In this document: one piece after another, positions 38,571 through 53,587 of the stretch
Position numbering within the stretch: the stretch's first letter is position 1
Layout of the letters: each line of letters starts with the position of its first letter
Assembly: GCA_951406725.2 (NCBI GenBank)
Contig: OX597814.1
Span: 63,984,001-64,048,000 of the forward strand
Source of the DNA: Octopus vulgaris
Taxonomy: Eukaryota
Reading direction: 5' to 3'
Length of the DNA stretch: 64,000 bases
The notes under the pieces: generated by a model
Seen by the model: the letters and a program-made list of their open reading frames with translations, nothing else
Database searches by the model: none
What the model was told of the DNA's origin: nothing
Made by a program: the position numbers and the translations under genes

Positions 38571-39589
38571 GCTCCTTCTTTCCTTCTTTCCTGAGCGTCC
38601 AATAATACTATATTTGTTCCACGTCCTCGCGTTGTTGTGTTTTTTTGTGCTTTCTTGTTTGGATTAACTTTATATATATACATATGTATATGCGTGTGTG
38701 TGTGAGTTGTTGTATGTGTCTGTGTGTGTATTTGTGTGTATGTATGTATATATGTATTGTTGTTGAATGGTATATGTACTTATCTGTATGCATAAGCATG
38801 TCTTCGACTATATATTTCTATACTGAATCGTAAGACATGCACCAAGGTAATATATTTGCTCTTGTTTATGTTATATTATTTTTATTTGTGCTGTAACATA
38901 TATCATTTTCCCTAAATAAGTGCATTGTGTAATATTTCCAAATACATGTATATAACGATTCGTTAATTCTGAATTTCAAAATGTGACCTATGATTTGTAT
39001 GATAACATCAGTTTATGAATACAGTCTTGTATTTGTGTCATATAAAAAAGTTTTATGTAGATACCTGACCTCCAAATTTAACTGCTGGTATAGTCGTATC
39101 TGGTGGTATGTACTGAGTACATATAATTCAAATCGTCAATATAATAATGTTAATGAATTCTAGTCTCGGCACAAGCACAGAATTTTGGGGGAAGGTTGCA
39201 GGCGATTATGTAAGGAATAGTGCTTGAAACTTGAGAGCTGTTTATATATTTTTGATCTCGAAAATTTCAGATATAAATCTGATTTCAAATTTCGTTACGA
39301 GTGCCTGACTGCAGAATTTGAAATCAGAATATAAAAATACGTAATGAAATACTTGGATGCATATTGAAACCGATGTTACTACCCTAAAACAAGGTCTGGA
39401 ATTTGAGTGTGAGGGATAAGTCGACTACATCGATCCATGTGTTCAGCTGAAGGTATAGAAGGCAAAATCGTCCACAGCGAATTTGAACTCAGGTCCTAAA
39501 CAGACGAAATGATGCCAATCATTTTGTTTGGCGTGCTTACAATTATGCCGTTTTACAACCTTAGCGATGGCAGTAAATGCACTGATGCA

Positions 39590-39825
39590 GTAAACACCCT
39601 GATCCAGTAATAAATGCCCTGATACAGTACCAAGCAGTAGCGCTCATGGCTTCTGATCTTAACTGATTGGAAGTGTTACCATGTACGTGTTTTGTCTTGG
39701 TATAAAAGATTGGCTGCACAAAAACTCTGCTCAGTACCACAGATTTGCTTGTCATTTGCTTCTCTATGACCATCGGAACATGTCCCTTATTAGCTGAAAA
39801 TATGTGCATTTCTGATCAGGGGCAG
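39590..39825 (+). repeat. Unclassified interspersed repeat (copy of 24168-24455)
   Basis: Shared with the reverse complement of 24250-24455. Confidence 0.65.
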
Positions 39826-39921
39826 GGAACTTGAGCTTAGAACATAAAGTCTTACGAAATACCGCCAAGCATTTTGCCCCGCATACTAACGATGCTGCCA
39901 GCTAGCAGCCTTGGTGATAGC

Positions 39922-40035
<114 letters not shown>

Positions 40036-40194
40036 TATGACGATGAGGATCATCATCATAATTACCTACGCCACAAGAGCTGCAAGTGATACAGAAACTA
40101 TAAACAAACATACGTGAAGCAGGAGTCAAAGAAGTGTGGTCTGGGACGGACTAATATCATAAGATGAGGGAAAGGTCGAAATATGTTGCACAGG

Positions 40195-41665
<1,471 letters not shown>

Positions 41666-41703
41666 TGTTGCACAGTGTATTATGGGAAGAATATTTACAG
41701 AAT

Positions 41704-42101
41704 TCAAGGCGGCGAGCTGGCAGAAACGTTAGCACGTCGGGCGAAATGCTTAGCGGTATTTCGTCTCTCTTTACGGTCTGAGTCCAAATTCTGCCGAGGT
41801 CGACTTTGCCTTTCATCCTTTCGGGGTCGATTAAATAAGTACCAGTTACGCACTGGGATCAATATAATCGACTTAATCCGTTTGTCTGTTCTTCTTTGTC
41901 TCCTCTGTGTTTAGCCCTTTGTGGGTAGGAAAGAAATAGGTATTTCGTCTGTCGTTATGCTCTGGTTCAAATTCTGTCGAGATCGACTTTGCCTTTCATC
42001 CTTTCGCGATCAATTAATTAAGTACCAGTTGCGAACAGGGGTCAATCTAATCGAGTGGCCCCTACCCCAAAAATATTTCAGGTCTTGTACCTAGAGTAGA
42101 A
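41704..42101 (+). mobile_element. tRNA-derived SINE family B with internal duplication and 17-bp TSD
   Basis: It starts GGCGGCGAGCTGGCAGAAACGTTAGCAC and carries two copies of GACTTTGCCTTTCATCCTTTCG. The TSD AAGAATATTTACAGAAT is at 41687-41703 and 42102-42118. Confidence 0.88.
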
Positions 42102-42630
42102 AAGAATATTTACAGAATGCAAACATGTACATGGAATACATAAATGAATGTACGTCAAAACTCAAAACTTAGGAGGTGTCCGTATTCTGGGAAAGGCGCT
42201 ACCTAAAGAACGTTTTTTAACAAGTGTGCTTTAGAGTAACAGAAATGCTACACTAGAGTACATGTTCGCTTAACAGGCTGATAATAGACAGAGAAAGAAG
42301 TGGAAGTGATGAAGAAGAAAAAAGGAAACGGAGAGCGAGGTTAAGGAGGAGGAGGAAAGCAAGAAATCAGCATAAAATGTATAATTAGAGCAACAATTAC
42401 AATAAAAAGACAATTAGTTGAATATATGACCTAGAATCTCACAAGTAGCAAAGCCAATATCTCATGTTATACAGAAGCGCTTCGATGTTATCATTAAGAT
42501 ACTGTGACAGGTAGGTAGATGGCAACATTGTATAGATCCAGTTTTGTATTACGATAAAGTGCGCTTCAGTGTTTTTATTGTTGTTTTGGTTAATACCAGC
42601 TCATTTTTTATGAAAAAGTGTAATAATATA

Positions 42631-43050
42631 GGCGCAGGAGTGGCTGTGTGGTAAGTAGCTTGCTAACCAACCACATGGTTCCGGGTTCAGTCACTCTGCG
42701 TGGCATCTTGGGCAAGTGTCTTCTGCTATAGCCCCGGGCCGACCAATGCCTTGTGAGTGGATTTGGTGGACGGAAACTGAAAGAAGCCTGTCGTATATAT
42801 GTATATATATATATATATGTGTTTGTTTGTGTGTCTGTGTTTGTTCCCCTAGCATTGCTTGACAACCGATGCTGGTGTGTTTACGTCCCCGTCACTTAGC
42901 GGTTCGGCAAAAAAGGAGACCGATAGAATAAGTACTGGGCTTACAAAGAATAAGTCCCGGGGTCGAGTTGCTCGATTAAAGGCGGTGCTCCAGCATGGCC
43001 GCAGTCAAATGACTGAAACATGTAAAAGAGAAAAAGAAAAAAAAAGAGAA
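42631..43050 (+). mobile_element. tRNA-derived SINE family A (full length)
   Basis: tRNA-like head GGCGCAGGAGTGGCTGTGTGGTAAG...CCGGGTTCAGTC and an A-rich tail. Confidence 0.9.
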
Positions 43051-43649
43051 ATCAAAGGCGTTCCATCCGCGATCACCTTATCTTTTTATATACCAGGAAC
43101 TTCATTATACAATGTATTCTTTCCATTATCAAGATATTATAGTCATATTTGAGGGATAGTTTGATGCTATTTCTAGTAAATTGTTTTTCCTGATTGACTT
43201 TCATTAACGTTGGTGGGGGATAATGAAATTATGGAATTGTTATTTATATATATCATTCGCTCGTGGCATTCCTACATCTTTTACGCAAACAACGAATTTG
43301 CTCTATTTCTGTCATATTATCATTCACTGACGTTGCTGCTATTCAGTCCCCGGGTAAATTCTGATGGACATGTCTATGATCAAAAGTGTTCCAACCGATT
43401 CCGTCCCAACTTTGCCGTATCCAGGACTGCATTGTCCAGTGTGTCCCTTCTTGTTTTAAAGACCCTAGATGTGATTTGAGCTGTTGATAGCTATCTTTTC
43501 CGTATCCAACAACTATGTATAAAGACTTGCTCATGAGGCTTATACGTTGCGTGTTTAATAAGTATCCGGACAGTTGCCATAGTAACGAAGCTACATCACG
43601 CAAAGTAAAGCCCCTTGGCACAATTTGACCTTTCCTTGAACACTGTTGT

Positions 43650-44190
43650 ACATGCGCACTAATTTTTAACGTTCTAGCTCACTTCCACTGTTTACAACAG
43701 TGCTTGGAAGGAGGGTGTGTAACGTGTGATCGTCGCATTGAATATGACGTAGAATGTTGAGCAGAGATTCTGCATCAAATTTTGTTAAAAGCTTGGTGAT
43801 ACCTGCTCAGAGGCCTACGCAAAGGTTTCAAAAAGTGTTCACCATTCTCTACACAATCAAGGAGATCGTGTGCAACTGAAACCCGAGCGTATTTTTGGTC
43901 AGTTTTGGTACAAAATTGGCAGACACGCGTCTCATACCCAATTCTTCAATGATAAAGGACTGAACTGAACCGTAACTAATCTACACAACCTCACAACTGC
44001 ATACATATCTGTGATGTTTCTCTCAGTTCTGCTGTTTGCGGGTCTCCCAGAACGTTCGTCAATATTGACATTTTTTCAGCTATCTTAGAAACGTCTGAAC
44101 CACTCGCTCACATGTATGTGTCTCATACACTCCTCTCCATACGCTTTCTGCAAGTTTGCGTAGGCCTCTGAGCAGGTATCGCCATGACAA
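43650..44190. mobile_element. Rearranged mariner: two transposase 5' fragments in opposite orientation
   Basis: The + strand reads EQRFCIKFC*KLGDTCSEAYAK (43758-43825). The - strand reads GDTCSEAYANLQKAYGEECMRHIHVSEWFRRF...ISYGSVQSFIIEELGMRRVSANFVPKL. Confidence 0.75.
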
Positions 44191-44319
44191 CTTTCTCAGT
44201 CATGGGTCAATGTAACGATCACATGCTACTTACCTTCCTTTTTTATGTGGATGTTAGTGACTTTAGTCTTGTCTCCTTTATATTTGTGAAGCACACAAAT
44301 GAAATCTTTGGACTCCCAT

Positions 44320-44780
44320 ATGAGAAGAAGTGGTAGGATCAAAGACCTTCCAACGTTGTTGAAAAAGACGACACCACCGTTATTTGGGATTTCAATATCC
44401 AAACAGATCGTACTATTCAGGAAAACAGTCAGATATCTTTTATTTTTTACTTGTATTAGTCATTAGACTGTGGCCATGCTGGGGCACCGCTTTTAGTGAA
44501 AAAATTCACATTGACAAAACGTATTTCTTGTCAATACCAGCAGATGACACTTCTGTAAAATCATTTGAAAAGTTAATGCAAGGATCTTGAAAAAGAAATC
44601 TCAAAAACGTGGCATCTTAGAGCGACAGTCGTATCTATGACCATTGGAGCTTTCGGGGTAATACAAAATGGCACGTTTAAACAATACGACCAAATACAAT
44701 AAAACTCAAAAGTATCTGAGCTACATAAAATTGTTCTCGTAAGAGCTACCCGCATCTTCAGAAAAAACACTGTTAACCTA
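44320..44780 (+). mobile_element. Very degenerate R4/Dong endonuclease fragment with a small SINE piece
   Basis: It retains KWxDQRPSNVVE...IWDF...TDR and LEKEISKTWHLRATVVS...IGAFG remnants. Confidence 0.55.
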
Positions 44781-44886
44781 AGAAAACCTGATTCTCTTAA
44801 AACTCATTCAAAATTGAAGTATTACAAATTTAACAGAATCTGATTTCATCTTCCCACAATATATAATTTGTAATCATAAATAATGT

Positions 44887-45147
44887 GGAGGCGTGTGGCT
44901 TAGTGGTTAGGATGTCAGCATCATGATCGTAAGATTGTGGTTTCGATTCCTGGACCGGGCGACGCGTTGTGCTCTTGAGCAAAGCACTTCATTTCACGTT
45001 GTTCCAGTCCACTCAGCTGGCATAAATGATTAACGTTGCGATGGACTGGCGTCCCGTCCAGCTGGGGAACACATACGCCATAGAAACCGGGAAACCGGGC
45101 CCATGAGCCCGGCTAGGCTTTAAAAGGGTGCATTTATATCTTTTATT
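44887..45147 (+). mobile_element. tRNA-derived SINE family C with 12-bp TSD
   Basis: A box TGGCTTAGTGG and B box GTTTCGATTCC. The TSD TAATCATAAATA is at 44871-44882 and 45148-45159. Confidence 0.88.
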
Positions 45148-45276
45148 TAATCATAAATACTACTCATATTAAAAAGTTCAACATGCTATTACTTGAAATC
45201 TCTGGGTATGGCATGGAACAGCTTGTACAAAAAACAACAATAATAACACAACAAAAGTAATAATAACACAACAAAA

Positions 45277-45343
<67 letters not shown>

Positions 45344-45366
45344 TGATGATGATGATGATGGTGATG

Positions 45367-45431
<65 letters not shown>

Positions 45432-45433
<2 letters not shown>

Positions 45434-46159
45434 GATTGAAACAGTGGACCACCTAATCTCTGGATGTAAAGTCTTAGCACCAGTGGAGTATAAATTAAGA
45501 CATGACAGAGTTGGCCAATATCTCCACTGGCTAATAAGTCGGCATTACAATATCAAAACTGCCGACAAGTGGTATAATCACCACCCTGAGGCTGTAACTG
45601 AAGGAGAAAATGTAACCATTCTGTGGGACTTTCCAGTACATACAGACCGAGCCATCAAGGCCAATAAACCAGATATTGTTGTGAAAGACCAAAACAATAA
45701 AGTTTGCTTATTGATCGACATGAGCATCCCCTGTGATCATAATATCTCAGCGAAAGAGTTTGACAAGCTCAGAAAATATAAAGACCTACTCATTGAAATT
45801 GAGAAAATGTGGCATCTCAAGGCGGTTACAATACCAGTGATCGTAGGAGCACTAGGAATGATCAAGAAGGGAACCGAAAATTATATGAGAATAATCCCTG
45901 GCTTACCATCCCTGCAAGAAGTGCAAAAGATTGTCTTAACTGGTACATCACACGTATTGAGAAGAGCATTGTCGATGTGAGAACTGTTGCTGCTCATGTA
46001 TTTTAATTTAACTTTAAAAAAAAAAAAAAAAAAAAAAAATTAACGAACTACTGAGTTTGGTTTAATGGCCTACCAATGTATGCTATGAGTTTCTTTGCCC
46101 TAGGAGTCGGGAAGACACTTGGCAAGAAATGGAAGCAAATTTGAAAGAAGAAAAAAAAA

Positions 46160-46160
<1 letters not shown>
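45432..46160 (+). mobile_element. Young 5'-truncated R4/Dong LINE (intact endonuclease domain plus 3' UTR) in (TAA)n
   Basis: An uninterrupted 178-aa frame reads DHLISGC...RHDRV...LWDFPVHTDRAIKANKPDIVV...LIDMSIP...KEFDKLRKY. (TAA)n lies on both sides. Confidence 0.92.
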
Positions 46161-46222
<62 letters not shown>

Positions 46223-46584
46223 CAAGGAGAAGAGGATAAATTAGAACATTCATTCTATCTGCTTTAGTAAAAACGGTCCAGTTAGTGCCAGTGAAGTAAG
46301 CTACGAAGAACAAATGTGGATTCCTACTGAGAACGAGAGAACTACAAGATGAAATTACATGGTCTGTGTGAGCAGAACAGTGGAAATTTTGGTAATTGGA
46401 AAAGTGTGAAAAATAGGATGTTCATTTCTGTTGTCAGCATTATAAAGAAAGGGAGTTCAGAAGGGTAAAGAACAGCAGCGATACATAGAGAGAGAGGGGT
46501 GAGAGGGAGTGAGAGAGAATAAGGGAGGAGTTAATTGAAAGGAAAAGTAAAACCACAGAACAGTGAGGAAGAAAATATCATAAC

Positions 46585-46632
<48 letters not shown>

Positions 46633-47444
46633 CATAATAATAAATAGCAGCAATAATAAACAAAGAACAACTGTTACGAGTTAAGCTATATACAACGAAT
46701 AAAAAGAACTGAATAATAGCAATCTAAAGTAACGACTACAAAAGAAAAGAACCAATAACAAGCACAGACAGCAAAACTACAAGAAAGCCTTTTTTTTAAA
46801 GATATTATGTACGTAAATGCATTTAAATAGGTGTAAGATGCTGTAGGTACTAAATATTGCATTGGAGCAATATGAAAGAAAGTATACTAATCAGATGAAG
46901 TGTTTGAAGGTTTGCCAGTTAATACTCATTTCTGCAGACACTACAGAAATAAACCTTATTAAAGGTTACTGAATTACATACATAAAAAAAAACTCTGAAT
47001 AAGTTCAGCTTTAGTAGGTTCCCCTAAATTTCTCTGTTTAGATAAGGTGTTTTAGTTACTAGAATACGCAATATACTGGTCTTGATCGTCGATTGCAGAT
47101 GTGAATTCAGTTGTTAACTCACACATCACGGTCCATTGTCGATAGTTTATCCTTTCACCGCCTTTACTATTTGGATTGTGACCATGCTGGAACTCCGTCT
47201 CATCGAGAGTATTTTGTCTGTTACTTATTTCCTAGCTATAAGGGTTATAAAAAGGATGTAACTTAGGTTTGCAGTGTATTTTTTGTTCGCCGCACAGACT
47301 TTTATCCGGTTACACTTGCAGAGCTACACACTTCACTTACAGTATATACACATACATGCACACACATACGATCACATATTTTTTCCCCCGAAAACATGCA
47401 GTTTTCTACTTATTCATGCAAATAGCCAACAACTTGACTTGTTT

Positions 47445-47840
47445 TTTCTTTTTACTTGTTTCAGTCATTTGACCGTGGCCATGCTGGAGCACCGCCTTTA
47501 GTCGAGCAAATGGTCCCCAGAACTTATTCTTTGTAAGCCTAGTACTTATTCTATCGGTCTCTTTTGCCGAACCGCTAGTTACGGGGACGTAAACACACCA
47601 CCATCGGTTGTCAAGCGATGTTGCGGGGACAAACACAGACACGCAGACATATACACACATACATATATATATATATACGACGGGCTTCTTTCAGTTTCCG
47701 TCTACCAAATCCACTCACAAGGCATTGGTCGGCCCGAGGCTATAGTAGAAGGCACTTGCCCAAGGTGCCACGCAGTGGGACTGAACCCGGAACCATGTGG
47801 TTGGTAAGCAAGCTACTTACTACACAGCCACTCCTGCGCC
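47445..47840 (-). mobile_element. tRNA-derived SINE family A
   Basis: Reverse complement of 42631-43050. Confidence 0.9.
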
Positions 47841-48284
47841 TGTCTAGGATAGTTAATAAGACTAATGTTTCAATCATTTTTATGAAATTATATAAACACA
47901 TTTTTGTTCTATGTACATGCCTGTCTACTTGTACGTGAAATTGATTTCATCCGCTCACTGATTGTGCATATATAGGCGTATTCACCCAAGAACATGTGAA
48001 TGATTTGTTCACTTAATATTGATGAGAAGACAGGTGGGTCGCATGTGATAAAGCTTAAAAATTACATAAACATTTTTTATATTCATGTTTTCTAGCATCT
48101 TAAAGAATTCATCACATTCAGCGCTTATTGAAACAGTAATATATTAAGAATAAATATCAGAGCTTCTCTCTTTATTTCTTATATTATACCCTGCAATTGA
48201 CGAAAGTTTATGAATGTGCGTGTGTATGTGTGTATAAGTGCGCACATACACATGCACATATGTATACGTCTGTGTGTATATATG

Positions 48285-48323
<39 letters not shown>

Positions 48324-48579
48324 GAAATTTTGTGTGAAATTTAATTCATTGAAGAATAATTCCTTCCTTCTATCTTGTTAGCCAGGAATTGCAAGAGTGC
48401 TGATTGAAGCCAGCAATTAGATTTCACGAATCAAATCTTCTTTCGTGTAAGGGGATTATACACACACACGCGCACACACACATATTATTATGATCAGGAA
48501 ACCTTGGATAGATGTTTGCAAGATGTGTGGTTTTCTGATCGAAATAATATTATATTCCACCATTTATCAAACTGTATAT

Positions 48580-48975
48580 AATTGTTTTTACTTGTTTCAG
48601 TCAAACTGCAGTCATGCTGGGGCATCACCTTCAAAAATTTTTACTCGAATGTATCGAACCCAGTACTTATTTTTTACAAACTTGGTACTTATTCTATGTG
48701 TTTCCTTTGTCAAACTGCTAGCTTACGGAGGATGTAAACACACCGGCACTTATTGTCATGCAGTGGTGGGGGAACAAACTCAGACATAAAGAGACACACG
48801 CGCGAGCGCACATATGCATATATACAACGGGCTTCTTTAAGTTTCCATCTGCCAAATTCACTCACAAGGCTTTGATTGGCCCGAAGCTATAGTAGAATAC
48901 ACTTCCCCCAAGATACCACGCAGGACGACTGAAACCAGAACCACGTGGTTGGGAAGCAAGCTTCTCACCACCCAC
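48580..48975 (-). mobile_element. tRNA-derived SINE family A (diverged)
   Basis: CACTCACAAGGCTTTGATTGGCCCGAAGCTATAGTAGAA and the surrounding family A body. Confidence 0.75.
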
Positions 48976-48997
48976 TTTCTCTCTCTCTCCCTTCCAT

Positions 48998-49059
<62 letters not shown>

Positions 49060-49737
49060 CACATACGTATACATATGTGCCTGTGTATGTGCGCACTTAT
49101 ACAAACACACACACATTCATAAATATACGCATTCAATACATTTCTGTGAGAGTAGATATGTATACATTTTTACTCATATATAAGTATATATCTATATACA
49201 GGCATCAATGAATGAACATGTTGCTTACTATACAAAACGTGCATGCATGTGAAGCGTATATGTGGATGCGTGCGAGTATGTACGTTTGTAATGTGCAACA
49301 TTAACGGCCTGTTTGTGATGGTCTTATTTCTAAGGCTGAACTGATGCAAATTTTGCCCAAACTGTTGCCACTGAAATGTCCGTATCATTTCACTGCTCTG
49401 CCAATGTATATTATCACTCTGGTATGAAATATTAAGATCGTAAAGCTGTCAGAAAATGGTAGTAATTTTATCTTTATCGCCGAAACATTAGTGATGATAG
49501 TCAGCGGCAGGGAATACAAGAATTTTTGGCAATTTTAAATGTGTGTTTGTGCGCACTTGTGTGTATGTGTGTGTATTTGTATGTACAGACATGTATTTCT
49601 GTGTATGTCTTTATGTGACAGTGTTAGCTATTTTGCGTATGTAGTTACAAAGAAGAGAAAAATATTTTGTCTGGCTAGCCACCACTTCATGATAGAAGTA
49701 AAGGCGCCCCAGTTCAGACAACTTTGCATTAATAATT

Positions 49738-49792
<55 letters not shown>

Positions 49793-50049
49793 TAATAATA
49801 ATAATAATAATGTTAAAAAATATCTAATGCAAATAATTAACACGGAAAGAAAACGAAAGTGAAACAATAAAACTATTCCCCTAAGTTTTGATCTGTGTAA
49901 ATAGCATAACACAAGGAGTGGTAAGGAACTTATGATTAGCATTAGTGTGAGATATTTATCATAGGTCAGACTGAACATGAACTAGCCATCTTCGAAAGTA
50001 ACAAAAATAACAAAAATAACAAAAATATTTATTATTAGTAGTACGCGCT

Positions 50050-50660
50050 CTTACAGTTCTCGAACATTTCTGAATTGTGTAGTTATATAGAACAGCTGCT
50101 ATCACGTGTATGGTATATCCGGCTATTGGTCGACTCCATCGTGAAGATCATCCGCTGGCATCCTTTGGTCTGGAAGGGCAGGTTGTTTTCCTTTGTCTGG
50201 TAGTTATGGTGAAAGTGGATATGTGGAGGACGAGGGTAAAAGGCGTGAAGGCAGACAATTTCTTCTTCGACCAATACTTCATCGAAATTTTAAAATTCCA
50301 TTTGAAAGGGAAAGCGAGGGTTGAAAGGTAATATGCTGCTCCCCGCCTCAGATGGAGGGGAAGTGAACGTGGCGAGTATGGACCGGGAGGGGTGCCGATT
50401 TTAAACTCGTTTCCGTAGGCTGTAGAGTATGGAGGATAGAGGAGCAACAGTCATGGCTTTCTTGGTAAGTACCGAGGCTCGGAACATAGATTTTTTGGTT
50501 GCCACTGGGTGGCGATTTTTGTTGTGCTAGATTTTTTGTGGGATGGGGTGTTGTTTTGTTAGTATTTTTGTTATTGTTTTTTTATTGCATTCACGTTTCC
50601 ATGTATATTCTCACTGTCCTAAATGTTTTAGCGGCTCATGTGGGCAGTAAATAAAAGAAT
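50050..50660 (+). mobile_element. Tx1/L1-like LINE 3' fragment
   Basis: GAACAGCTGCTATCACGTGT...CATTTGAAAGGGAAAGCGAGGGTTGA is similar to 54277-54500. Confidence 0.55.
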
Positions 50661-50681
50661 CTTCTTCTCCTTCATCATCAA

Positions 50682-50718
<37 letters not shown>

Positions 50719-50723
50719 TTCTT

Positions 50724-50907
<184 letters not shown>

Positions 50908-51352
50908 TAGTCTTATTTTTATCACGTGCTTTCACTGCAATCCCGAGCGCAGATCTGTGTGCCTTGGGTATGTGTTGTGATTTGTTGTGATGCAATTATT
51001 TTTACTATATTGAAAGCGTTTTACGTAGGATGTGTGGGGCGCATAGTAGTGCTATTTTCTCTATGTTATATATACTTGTAAGTCCTGGTGTTTTTGTTAT
51101 GTATTTGTCTGAATATTTTTTATCATACCTAATGCACCTAATATGATAGGAATTGTTACTGATTTTAGACTCCGCATTCGAGTTACCTCTATTTCCAGAC
51201 CTTTGTATTTTGAAAGTTTCCCCGTTTCTTTTAGAGAAGCATTGTCATTTGTTGGTATTGATACATCGATTAGGAAGCATTTTTTTCCAGGCTATCTCAG
51301 ATAACTATATTGGCCTTAATTTTTCAATCTTTGCATATTCGCATATTCCAGA
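50908..51352 (-). mobile_element. R4/Dong 3' fragment (related copy at 55028-55395)
   Basis: It shares CCGAGCGCAGATCTGTGTGCCTTGG and TTTACGTAGGATGTGTG with the 55028 copy, and is flanked by (ATT)n and (AGT)n. Confidence 0.65.
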
Positions 51353-51420
51353 GTAGTAGTAGTAGTAGTGGTGGTGGTAGTGGTGGTGGTGGTGGTTGTG
51401 GTTGTGGTTGTGGTGGAGGA

Positions 51421-51492
<72 letters not shown>

Positions 51493-51804
51493 CATTTCGC
51501 TTATAGTTACTAAATCTGCCTTTATTTTCTTTCTAACGTTCTTGATTCAAGTCTGGTACCTAAGACTGAAAGAACCTTTTACATGATATGTGCAATACCC
51601 AAGAAGGCAGGGTTTTGTATTGTGACGATATCATATTCGATTTTCATCTGGTCAGTGTTGGTAGAACTCTAGTGTTCCTAACTCTTCAGGAAAAAATTTA
51701 GTAGTGATGTCCTACATGTGTGTGTATGTATGTAAGCATCTATGCAAGCATATGCGTATGTAATATAAGTCTCTTGATAATAAAATTTTGAATTTACCTT
51801 TTAG

Positions 51805-51941
51805 AGTGTATCTCAGTATGGACGAATACAAAACAGCCTTAAATGTGAACGGAAGTACTCATTTAAATGTCTATTTTGCCTCATGGTCTTTAAAAGGACT
51901 TGCCACTTTTCCTTGGGAAAAAAACGTCTACAGTTCATTAG
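51805..51941 (+). CDS. PAPPA: Pappalysin exon, proteolytic domain
   Basis: Acceptor ttttag| and donor G|gtgagt. It encodes (R)VYLSMDEYKTALNVNGSTHLNVYFASWSLKGLATFPWEKNVYSSL(G), compared with human RAYLDVNELKNILKLDGSTHLNIFF...GVATWPWDKE. It is not in the ORF track. Confidence 0.93.
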
Positions 51942-52789
51942 GTGAGTATTCTTGTTATTTTTGACTGATTTGATTTCTAATAAACAACTCTAATCTGTAT
52001 TTCTTTGAGTATCAAATAAATACGTCAAGTTCCCGATTAAATTACCGAATTAAGAGCAACAATGGTTAAGTGGTTAATTTTCCAAATTCTTTATCTCATC
52101 TTACAGCAGTTGTTGATTAACACCTATTTCAGAATGGAAAATGGATAGAAAATATTTTACTATTTCCGTTTAGAAAGAGTTACAGCTTTCTTATAAATAA
52201 TGCTCATAAGATTTTCACAGTTGCAAATGAAGTTGACTTATCTCAATTGAAGCAAGTGTTTTCTTGAAAATACCGATTATATTTATCATTATCCTACACA
52301 ATACCAGTATCGACGATTGATTCTTAAAATAGCAGTGTTATTTTTACAAGAAGCCCAACAATGAAAGGGTGATATGGTAATCAGTTTAGCGCTAAATGCC
52401 TCATCATTACGTTTGAATTTTGAGCGCGGCATTGAAAAGTTCCAGCTTTAACAAATTTTTTGCGATTAGTTAACATCACTGCAAGGTGAGATTCACTTTT
52501 GTTAGTTCGAGCCTTTCCTTTAAAATATCATTGCGGTCACATTAGTTCTGTTTAAGCACTGTACTTCGTATATGATAGAGTTTTAACATAAGCACTTTCT
52601 GTATATCGTATAAATGATGCACTTACACTCTCAGACGTACATTTCAAAACATTTATATGTATAGCACAGATGCTTGAAGAACATATGTATTAAAATAATG
52701 AGACTTATTCTTAAGGCACATGCATTACATTCCCTTACATGACTAATTCGTGAGTTGTTAACATATAAAGTATCGTATTTTCACTTCAG

Positions 52790-53080
52790 GAGGAACTATA
52801 GTTGACACAAACAGTTTTGGTGTTCCTGGGAAGTTAGACGAACTGATACATGAGTTTGGACATAACCTAGGACTTTGGCATGTCCACCATGGAGTATCGG
52901 AACTAAAATGCAACGACCGATGCCGAGAGACTGAACCTTCTTTAGAACTAGGTGATTTGTGTTCAGATACGCTCCCAACGATCCAGAACATGAACTGTCG
53001 AGATCCAGATTCGACTGTCAGAAGATGTGGAATGGGACCGTTTAAGAACACACCATTCCGTAACTATATGAGCTATGCAA
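52790..53080 (+). CDS. PAPPA: Pappalysin catalytic exon (zinc-binding motif and Met-turn)
   Basis: Acceptor cttcag| and donor A|gtaagt. It encodes GGTIVDTNSFGVPGKLDELIHEFGHNLGLWHVHHGVSELKCNDRCRETEPSLELGDLCSDT...FKNTPFRNYMSYA, with HExxHxxGxxH at 52849-52881. It is not in the ORF track. Confidence 0.96.
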
Positions 53081-53297
53081 GTAAGTATAAATATCATTAG
53101 TACTTTTATTAAATGGCAGTATTGTTAGAGGTTTTTGCTATTTATTCAGGCTCACTTTTGTTTTAAAATTCCGACGAAACCGACTTTGTTTTACATCCTT
53201 TCGGGGCCAATAAAGTAAGTACCAGTTAATTACTAAAGTTGATGTAATCCACTAACTCCATCTCTTCGAAATTACTGGATTGTGTCAAAATTTGAAG

Positions 53298-53383
<86 letters not shown>

Positions 53384-53395
53384 AATAATAATAAC

Positions 53396-53481
<86 letters not shown>

Positions 53482-53515
53482 CATCATCATCATCATCATC
53501 ATCATCATTATCATC

Positions 53516-53577
<62 letters not shown>

Positions 53578-53587
53578 TGTTATCATT

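Noticed and set aside
44887-44960. tRNA-like A/B boxes
   Set aside because: This is the head of a SINE with a TSD; it has no complete cloverleaf.
52758-53051. Minus-strand 97-aa ORF
   Set aside because: It is the antisense shadow of the pappalysin catalytic exon.
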